A stretch of DNA of 64,000 nucleotides from a virus (lineage: Duplodnaviria; Heunggongvirae; Uroviricota; Caudoviricetes), in the IMG/VR virus record IMGVR_UViG_3300014886_000120; one strand, 5' to 3'. The notes below the pieces were generated by a model. It searched no databases and was not told where the DNA came from. It worked only from the letters and a program-made list of their open reading frames with translations. The first letter of the stretch is position 1. Every line of letters starts with the position of its first letter. The position numbers were made by a program, and so were the translations under genes. Of this stretch, positions 58,503 through 64,000 are shown piece after piece.

Positions 58503-58829
58503 TTACTCCTCTGTCCACTTGATACTGATGCTATAAACTCCGTCCTTGTCTGGCTTTGCGTTCTCAAGCTCCGATAGAAGAATGTCTAGGAAGTGTTCAA
58601 GAGACCTATACATTGGCAATCTGGCGTTAGTGGGAACATACTTAGGTCTCCCATCTTTGCCTACAAGTATGTTCCCCTCTTTGTCCTTTCTGAACAGAGG
58701 CTTAAACTTAAGCCCCTGACCATAGAAGGCTACGAACCGTTTGAGGATGTCCTCACGGATGGGAACGTTATGTCTGACTTCGGTCTTTGCTCCGGTTAAA
58801 ACCGTCTTACCGATGGCTACCTTAGGCAT
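58503..58829 (-). CDS. hypothetical protein
   Basis: 108 aa; canonical TTTATATAG TATA box about 25-33 nt upstream (plus 58861-58872). Confidence 0.4.
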   Translation of the reverse strand: MPKVAIGKTVLTGAKTEVRHNVPIREDILKRFVAFYGQGLKFKPLFRKDKEGNILVGKDGRPKYVPTNARLPMYRSLEHFLDILLSELENAKPDKDGVYSISIKWTEE

Positions 58830-59088
58830 CCCAGGACACCGTATATGAGGGATAGGGATAAACTATATAAAGCTTTCGCTATTGTCCTTATCGTTAAGGT
58901 AAGGTTAAGAGGTTTTTCTCTATTTTGAGTATGTAAGGACATGGGAGAGGCTTCTCCCTTAAAGGTTTATACCATGTTTTCTTAAGAACCATCCCCACAC
59001 ATTACACCCTTTCACTATAAAACCCCAAAACACACCATTAAGCTTAGTATATGTTTGTGTTTTGTCTTGTCTGTCTTGTCGTGTGTAT

Positions 59089-59111
59089 AAAAAAGGTGGG
59101 AGGGGTGGGTT
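59089..59111 (-). terminator. C-rich + T6 terminator-like element (minus-strand sense CCCACCCCTCCCACCTTTTTT)
   Basis: Immediately after the stop of 59110-59340. Confidence 0.4.
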
Positions 59112-59340
59112 AGCTTGTGTGTGCCTTCAGCTCAACAAGTCTGTTCAGTGCATTTTCCAGAGCCTCAGATAGGGTTCTGAACCCTATGGCAACAGCCTTT
59201 ATCTCATATATGCAGACTCCAAAGGATGGCTCTATGTCTGTTCCAGTGTTGGCTATTTCGATGAGATACTCTCCATCGTCGAGTCTCATCTTTGTGTTGG
59301 ATTTCTCTAGAGTCTTTAATGTCTCCATGTTCCCATACAC
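59110..59340 (-). CDS. small hypothetical protein (cassette gene)
   Basis: 76 aa; motif-2 promoter upstream and terminator-like element at its stop. Confidence 0.4.
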   Translation of the reverse strand: MYGNMETLKTLEKSNTKMRLDDGEYLIEIANTGTDIEPSFGVCIYEIKAVAIGFRTLSEALENALNRLVELKAHTS

Positions 59341-59384
59341 CCTTAGGTAAGGGTAAAAGCTCTATGTCCTAATAAAGGTTAGCA

Positions 59385-59407
59385 TTTTTTAACAGCCTTA
59401 GTAAGCG
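59385..59407 (-). promoter_or_regulatory. motif 2: TTTTTTAACAGCCTTAGTAAGCG
   Basis: One of five about 23-nt copies containing the palindrome CTTA(S)TAAG and an A/T-rich block; upstream of 59110-59340. Confidence 0.45.
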
Positions 59408-59410
59408 TCA

Positions 59411-59427
59411 TAAAAAAGGGAGGGTGG
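59411..59427 (-). terminator. C-rich + T6 terminator-like element (CCACCCTCCCTTTTTT on the minus strand)
   Basis: 10 nt after the stop of 59437-59817. Confidence 0.35.
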
Positions 59428-59436
59428 AAGAGTAGC

Positions 59437-59817
59437 TTAAGCTATAATGCTCTGAGAGCTAGTTTGTCTCCGGCTACTCTCCTTGACTATCTGCTTCATA
59501 ACTTCAGCTACCATCTGAGCCTTCTTAACGTTCTCTTCTACCTTGCTGATTATCATGGAGGTCAGTAGGATACACATTGACTCTATAGCTTCCATGTATG
59601 TCTCTGGAGTTCTCTCCTTACCCATCAGCTTACAGTATGAGCTAGCCCATTCTACTGACATCTTAAGGATGTCTGGCAATATGTTGGTTTCCATGTCCTT
59701 AAGTATCCTTGTCAGAGTCATGGCATTGTGTTGATCTTCAGTTATGCTTCCCAGAACCTCTATTACCTTCTCCCTTAGAGCTTTAGCTGCCTCTCCGTCC
59801 AGCCTTCTCTCTTCCAT
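59437..59817 (-). CDS. small hypothetical protein (cassette gene)
   Basis: 126 aa; both motif families upstream. Confidence 0.4.
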   Translation of the reverse strand: MEERRLDGEAAKALREKVIEVLGSITEDQHNAMTLTRILKDMETNILPDILKMSVEWASSYCKLMGKERTPETYMEAIESMCILLTSMIISKVEENVKKAQMVAEVMKQIVKESSRRQTSSQSIIA

Positions 59818-59849
59818 CGTTACAGCCTTCTATAAGCAGTGGTATCTTC

Positions 59850-59866
59850 TATATCCCTCGGATATA
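59850..59866. promoter_or_regulatory. motif 1 variant
   Basis: TATATCCCTCGGATATA, 33 nt upstream of the 59817 start. Confidence 0.4.
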
Positions 59867-59880
59867 TTTAAGATTTAGCA

Positions 59881-59903
59881 TTTTTTAACAGCCTTACTAA
59901 GGG
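59881..59903 (-). promoter_or_regulatory. motif 2 copy
   Basis: TTTTTTAACAGCCTTACTAAGGG, upstream of 59437-59817. Confidence 0.45.
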
Positions 59904-59913
59904 AGCTAAAGAA

Positions 59914-60174
59914 CTACTCTAAGGAGGGGTAAAGGTAAGCTGGTATCTTATTATTCTCTAGCATCATGGCTAGCCACCATAGATCTATGATGTCAATCTC
60001 AGACGATACTTTGAACCTTATAGTTATCCTGTCTAGATGTTTGTCATAGCTGACATGAAACCTCTCAAGCTGCTGCTCGTTCATAATAGCTCTAGCTAAA
60101 TCCTCAACTCTTCTTATCATGCTATCAACATCCATGCTACCACCTCGAAGCCATGGTATTGAGCTATACAGCAT
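59914..60174 (-). CDS. small hypothetical protein (cassette gene)
   Basis: 86 aa; motif 2 ends 13 nt before the ATG. Confidence 0.4.
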   Translation of the reverse strand: MLYSSIPWLRGGSMDVDSMIRRVEDLARAIMNEQQLERFHVSYDKHLDRITIRFKVSSEIDIIDLWWLAMMLENNKIPAYLYPSLE

Positions 60175-60187
60175 TTAAGACTTGAGG

Positions 60188-60210
60188 TTTTTTAACAGCC
60201 TTACTAAGCC
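60188..60210 (-). promoter_or_regulatory. motif 2 copy
   Basis: TTTTTTAACAGCCTTACTAAGCC, ending 13 nt before the ATG of 59914-60174. Confidence 0.45.
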
Positions 60211-60225
60211 TGTTAAAGATTGGAG

Positions 60226-60639
60226 CTACTCCTCTTCCACATACACATGGAAGAACCCTAAGTACCTTGGCAGCTCTATGTAATCCTCATCATCTACGTC
60301 ATCTACTTCGATACCATGGAAAAACTTAGCTTCTGGGTTGTACTTACCAAAGCTATCCTTGAAGGCTTCTATGAATGTCTGGGTACTAATGTTTCTTATC
60401 TCATCCTCATGTTTCCTAAATAGCTCTTCATTGACTGGGCTAAAGTCACTATTCTCTATCTCCTCAGCTATGGCATCCACAATCTCTTTAACTGTCTCCT
60501 TTCCCGTTATGCCAATGGAAAAGCTTAGGCAAGCTGCTAGGTTGTCTGGAGCAAAAGCATGACCATGTCCCCTGAAATAGTCTACGTACCCAGCATAGTC
60601 TTCTGAGAACTCTACCACTATCTTATGCTTATCATTCAT
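60226..60639 (-). CDS. small acidic hypothetical protein (cassette gene)
   Basis: 137 aa. Confidence 0.4.
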   Translation of the reverse strand: MNDKHKIVVEFSEDYAGYVDYFRGHGHAFAPDNLAACLSFSIGITGKETVKEIVDAIAEEIENSDFSPVNEELFRKHEDEIRNISTQTFIEAFKDSFGKYNPEAKFFHGIEVDDVDDEDYIELPRYLGFFHVYVEEE

Positions 60640-60700
60640 GCCTAACCACTTCCCTTAGTGTTCTATTGTTATCCTACCATTCAGTATTTAAGACTTAGGG

Positions 60701-60723
60701 TTTTTTAACGGGCTTAGTAAGGG
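60701..60723 (-). promoter_or_regulatory. motif 2 copy
   Basis: TTTTTTAACGGGCTTAGTAAGGG, upstream of 60226-60639. Confidence 0.45.
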
Positions 60724-60733
60724 TGTTAAACAA

Positions 60734-60964
60734 CTATATCTGAGAGATATAGTTCTGTCCTTCAGCTAGCTCCACTATGAAGGTCTCAACGGCATACACT
60801 AGCTCTCTGGGATATCTCTCCATCATCTCGGTAAGCTCTTTATGGGTTACCCTACGGTATATCATTGAGTCATGGTTCTCCATAAGCCTACGTAGCTTAC
60901 TCTTTATCATGCCTACAACTATGTAGTTCATCCCTTTCCCTACCTTGGATACTTCCTTGTACAT
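60734..60964 (-). CDS. small hypothetical protein (cassette gene)
   Basis: 76 aa. Confidence 0.35.
   Translation of the reverse strand: MYKEVSKVGKGMNYIVVGMIKSKLRRLMENHDSMIYRRVTHKELTEMMERYPRELVYAVETFIVELAEGQNYISQI
60735..60751. promoter_or_regulatory. motif 1 copy
   Basis: TATATCTGAGAGATATA. Confidence 0.4.
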
Positions 60965-61133
60965 GCTTCTATAAACCTCTCCCTATCAAACCTAGGATTG
61001 TCAAGCTCGAAATATCTAGCTAAACGTAGCATGATCTCCTCTTTACTGGATGAAACCCTGATTATCCCAGCTATGTCCCGATAGTATTTCCTGGTCAACA
61101 CATTCCATCACCCCTTAAGAGACCGATGTTAAG

Positions 61134-61150
61134 TATATCTGAGGGATATA
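61134..61150. promoter_or_regulatory. motif 1 variant
   Basis: TATATCTGAGGGATATA, in the divergent promoter region. Confidence 0.4.
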
Positions 61151-61162
61151 AATCACTTATGG

Positions 61163-61185
61163 TTTTTTAACAGGCTTAGTAAGGA
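61163..61185. promoter_or_regulatory. motif 2 copy in the divergent promoter region
   Basis: TTTTTTAACAGGCTTAGTAAGGA, between the minus-strand cassette genes and the plus-strand HTH gene. Confidence 0.4.
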
Positions 61186-61295
61186 TGTGAAAAAATGCCA
61201 GCCACACATGGCAAGCTAGCCAATGAGAAATATTCAAGATGCTTATAAGGGAACTGAACATTCTTATAATGATAACAATGTGATTATATACTATA

Positions 61296-62141
61296 ATGTA
61301 TAATTGGATACACTTCTGTATTACAAAGTTTTATAAGGAGTTAAAAACTATTCAAATGTTAAAAAAAACGTGGTTGGAGATGGGAAGAATGGCAAGACCG
61401 AGAACCAAGGGAACGAGAATCTTAAGAACCTCACTAAAAGAGTACTTAGAGCAAGGACTAAGCTATAGGGAGATTGGCAACATACTAGGCTTAAGTAGAG
61501 AACTGGTTTATTACTATGCCAAACTATGGAATCTAAGGAATCTCAACGCACACAAGAAGTATAAGGAGTACTGTAAAACTAGACTCTACACCAGGAAGCT
61601 GATAAATCCCTTGATGTCCCTCCATGCTAATGCCTCAATGGATATATCCGAAATAACCTTTAGAAGACAGCGAGGGAAGAGATCCAGGTCTATACGCAAG
61701 TATATGCTAACCTTCACAAAGGGGAAGACCTACATAGTGTTCATGGATAACCAGAGAGATGAGGATATAGCTATGGCTATAACCAAACTCTTGACCCTTG
61801 GGATAATAAATAAGGGAGATAAAATCCTAGTGGATAAGCAGCTAAACAGTAAGTTACCATACACCAGCCTCAAAGGTGTGTATCTATGCAATACTCCTAA
61901 ATGGCATGCAAGTAAAAGCACCACCGAAAAAAGACATGGCTTCAAGACTTCGGTCTATGCCAAATTCTGGAGATTCAAGACCTCAAGCTATGCAAAGATG
62001 GATAACGACATGAAAGCACTCCTCCTAAAGATGTATCTTGAATCACTACAGCTAAACCCCAACTATGAAATCATCAACCCAGAAACACCAGAGAGATGGA
62101 TAAGGGAACTCCAAAGCATAACAGTAAAGACACCACACTAA
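61296..62141 (+). CDS. HTH-domain protein, the only supported plus-strand gene
   Basis: LEQGLSYREIGNILGLSRELVYYY resolvase/sigma-region-4-like HTH. TATA-like TTATATACTATA about 25 nt upstream. C-rich+T6 terminator-like element directly after the stop. Confidence 0.45.
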   Translation: MYNWIHFCITKFYKELKTIQMLKKTWLEMGRMARPRTKGTRILRTSLKEYLEQGLSYREIGNILGLSRELVYYYAKLWNLRNLNAHKKYKEYCKTRLYTRKLINPLMSLHANASMDISEITFRRQRGKRSRSIRKYMLTFTKGKTYIVFMDNQRDEDIAMAITKLLTLGIINKGDKILVDKQLNSKLPYTSLKGVYLCNTPKWHASKSTTEKRHGFKTSVYAKFWRFKTSSYAKMDNDMKALLLKMYLESLQLNPNYEIINPETPERWIRELQSITVKTPH

Positions 62142-62165
62142 ACCCACCCCACCCCTACATTTTTT
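62142..62165 (+). terminator. C-rich + T6 terminator-like element (ACCCACCCCACCCCTACATTTTTT)
   Basis: Directly after the stop of the plus-strand HTH gene, in the convergent gap with terL. Confidence 0.4.
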
Positions 62166-62252
62166 AAGGTATCAGATAAACGAATAGGAAAAGGAGAGGA
62201 TAAGGAGAAAATAAATATCCGGACTCTGGATGTATAGTTTTCGGTTTAAGGT

Positions 62253-63578
62253 TTATATGGAGGGTATTGTCCAGGAGGGTTTCTTAGGTTTAGTAATCAC
62301 CCATGTGAACTCTCTACTTTCAGAAGGCTCTATTTCTTTAAGTGCACACATTAATGCAGTAACCCTGTCATCACCCTTCCTGGTATCCCAAGTATAATGT
62401 CTAAGCTCGTTGAGGAGTCCCTGGAACTCATTTGGTATGATTATCTTCTCATGCTCAAACAATGACCTCATCCTTACCTGTAAGCTAGGAAGCTCCTGTC
62501 CCATGTTTATTGGAACTACTCTAAAACCTTTAATACCAAGCCTATCCTTAGTTCTCTGAGATTCAGACTTGGGGTTCAAGTCACAAAATATGTAGTCTGG
62601 CTTATACTTAATAGCAAAGGCTTCTATCCAGTCCTGTATGTTCTCATACTTCTTCCTATTCCAAGTCTGGACATCTAGTACTCTATACTTACCATCAACT
62701 AGTTCAACCACAACCAGAGCTGTCAAGTCAGCAAACCCATAGTCTATACCAAAGATAACTTTACCTCTCTTGTTCTCTGGATCATAAGGATTCTTGGTAT
62801 ATCCAATAGATTGTTTCCTTAGTAACGGAACTGGAACTACTGTATTAGTGATGGGATGAGGTTCACCTAGCCAGAACTGGGCAAACTGTTCCTCAGTAAG
62901 GTTCTTCCTAGCCTCCTCTATCATTTCAGAAGTAATCAACGGACAGTCTATAGCTTTCCAGTGGTACCTTTTCCATTCACTATAGGTCTTGGAATCTTCC
63001 CACATAGTTACAAACAAGCTGTTGTATTCCATTGGAGTACCAGAGAATATCAGCTTGGCATTAGGCTTACCAGCTATAATCCTGTAGCTGTCTCTAAGAG
63101 TAAAGTCATCTACAATGGCAGCTTCATCAATTATGACTGCATTACTATGTTGACCCTGTATAGACTTCAACGAATGTGGAAGAGCCTTAATGTATGAACC
63201 AGTGATAAACTTAACATAGGTTCTTAGTACTTCACCTTCAATGAACTCTTTGAATATGTTATGGCTGGGCAATAAGTCACTGGAGTACTCATACAGCTTT
63301 CTGGACTGTTCCTGTGACCCAGCTATTATGATGACATCATATGGCTTACCAATCTTCCATGCATACACTATAGCCAGGAAGATGCTTAGACATGAAAGGA
63401 GCTTAGACTTGCCTGTACCTCCAGCTGCACATATCAGAGCTCTGGATGTCTCCCTTATCTCCCTTAGTATTTCAGCTTGATACCTGAATGGTTTCTCATT
63501 GTACAAGTCCTCATAGAAGATGGCTGGATCACTCCACCATATGTTTAGCAGTATCTCCAGCCTAGCTGGCAGCTTCAT
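62253..63578 (-). CDS. terL: terminase large subunit (TerL)
   Basis: Walker A AAGGTGKSK, Walker B VIIDEA, coupling motif FSGTP, and C-terminal RNase-H-fold nuclease motif GIDYGFADLTALVVVE. Confidence 0.75.
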   Translation of the reverse strand: MKLPARLEILLNIWWSDPAIFYEDLYNEKPFRYQAEILREIRETSRALICAAGGTGKSKLLSCLSIFLAIVYAWKIGKPYDVIIIAGSQEQSRKLYEYSSDLLPSHNIFKEFIEGEVLRTYVKFITGSYIKALPHSLKSIQGQHSNAVIIDEAAIVDDFTLRDSYRIIAGKPNAKLIFSGTPMEYNSLFVTMWEDSKTYSEWKRYHWKAIDCPLITSEMIEEARKNLTEEQFAQFWLGEPHPITNTVVPVPLLRKQSIGYTKNPYDPENKRGKVIFGIDYGFADLTALVVVELVDGKYRVLDVQTWNRKKYENIQDWIEAFAIKYKPDYIFCDLNPKSESQRTKDRLGIKGFRVVPINMGQELPSLQVRMRSLFEHEKIIIPNEFQGLLNELRHYTWDTRKGDDRVTALMCALKEIEPSESREFTWVITKPKKPSWTIPSI

Positions 63579-63967
63579 TGCTTACCACTTTCATACTCTT
63601 CAAATCTTTTTAGTACCTTACGTTGCTGTAACGGAGGCAGTTCTTCAATGGCATACCTCAACCTATCGTATATCTCCTCTTCTGATTTAGTGTCCTCTAT
63701 GCTTAGCTCATCCTTGTACCTCAAGGCAGTGTTCAGTACAGCATCAGCTATCCTAATGATTTCCCTAGTCTCTTTCCTAGCCTCTGGATCATCAAGGTTG
63801 TTCTCTACCTTGGAGAGCTGATTGCTAAGATCCCTCAGCTGTCTGATTATCAAGGTGGTAGCTTCCAGTTCCTGCTCTATACGTTCCTTGAGTAGTTTCT
63901 TCCTTAGCTTGTTGGACTTGATAGAAGCTTCAAGGTATTTCTCATGCTTGCTAAAGTACTTGGACAA
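63575..63967 (-). CDS. coiled-coil protein, candidate terminase small subunit
   Basis: ATGA-coupled immediately upstream of terL; 130 aa, charged and coiled-coil. Position is the only evidence. Confidence 0.3.
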   Translation of the reverse strand: MSKYFSKHEKYLEASIKSNKLRKKLLKERIEQELEATTLIIRQLRDLSNQLSKVENNLDDPEARKETREIIRIADAVLNTALRYKDELSIEDTKSEEEIYDRLRYAIEELPPLQQRKVLKRFEEYESGKQ

Positions 63968-64000
63968 TGAAGGAATAGAGAAATGCTCTCCATACTTGTT

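Noticed and set aside
59095-62158. Inverted repeat GGTGGGAGGGGTGGGTT / AACCCACCCCACCCC as transposon-like terminal inverted repeats or an invertible segment.
   Set aside because: Each copy sits exactly at a gene 3' end followed by a T6 run on the transcribed strand. A third same-type copy occurs at 59411-59427. A terminator element used in both orientations explains this more simply. G-quadruplex potential remains possible but is not needed.
1-64000. CRISPR array, integrase, att sites or rRNA.
   Set aside because: The direct repeats present (motif 1 and motif 2) are irregularly spaced at 300-6000 bp, palindromic and gene-proximal. They are not the 25-40 bp repeats with uniform spacers of a CRISPR array. 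No tyrosine or serine recombinase motifs were found, and no rRNA-like GC-rich long stretches. Provirus status therefore cannot be claimed.

Overview
This 64 kb window reads as a gene-dense archaeal virus or virus-like mobile element. Almost every supported gene is on the minus strand, and many adjacent genes share 4-nt ATGA start/stop overlaps. Upstream genes often carry GGAGG/GGTGA Shine-Dalgarno sequences in their last codons, and promoters show archaeal TTTATATA-type TATA boxes. Recognisable products include a family B DNA polymerase with exonuclease and polymerase motifs, a RadA/Rad51-like recombinase, a short XPF/Hef-type ERCC4 nuclease, a RecJ/Cdc45-like DHH phosphoesterase, an ATP-dependent DNA ligase, RNase HI and a KaiC/RecA-superfamily ATPase. 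There is also an AEP prim-pol candidate, two ParB-like proteins, a MazG-like NTP pyrophosphatase, an Alba chromatin protein and four paralogous small DPPY/DPPH methyltransferases. Accessory genes include a ThiF/E1-like enzyme, an SPFH/band-7 membrane protein, a GNAT acetyltransferase, a HIT-like (HxHxQ) protein and an alkaline-phosphatase-fold protein. A MoxR-like AAA+ ATPase sits next to an HExxH-metallopeptidase/vWA protein. A class-II glutamine amidotransferase is paired with a large candidate amidoligase and an HExxH protein. A vWA protein with a Ro60/TROVE-like architecture lies next to an ORF-free, GC-elevated region that looks like a structured ncRNA. Dozens of tiny CxxC zinc-ribbon proteins fill the gaps. 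At the 3' edge is a large terminase subunit (TerL) with a candidate small subunit, which points to a tailed-virus (Caudoviricetes-like) packaging module. Two repeat families suggest regulation. A 17-bp palindrome, TATATC-N5-GATATA, occurs about 14 times, mostly just upstream of gene starts. A 23-bp motif, T6AACAGCCTTA(S)TAAG, occurs 5 times inside a 3-kb cassette at 59.1-62.2 kb. That cassette is divergently transcribed and carries the window's only plus-strand gene, an HTH protein. It is bounded by C-rich+T6 terminator-like elements, with a third copy inside. No CRISPR array, rRNA, canonical tRNA, integrase or att site was seen. All calls rest on motif-level reading of the six-frame track, and host and family assignments are inferences.
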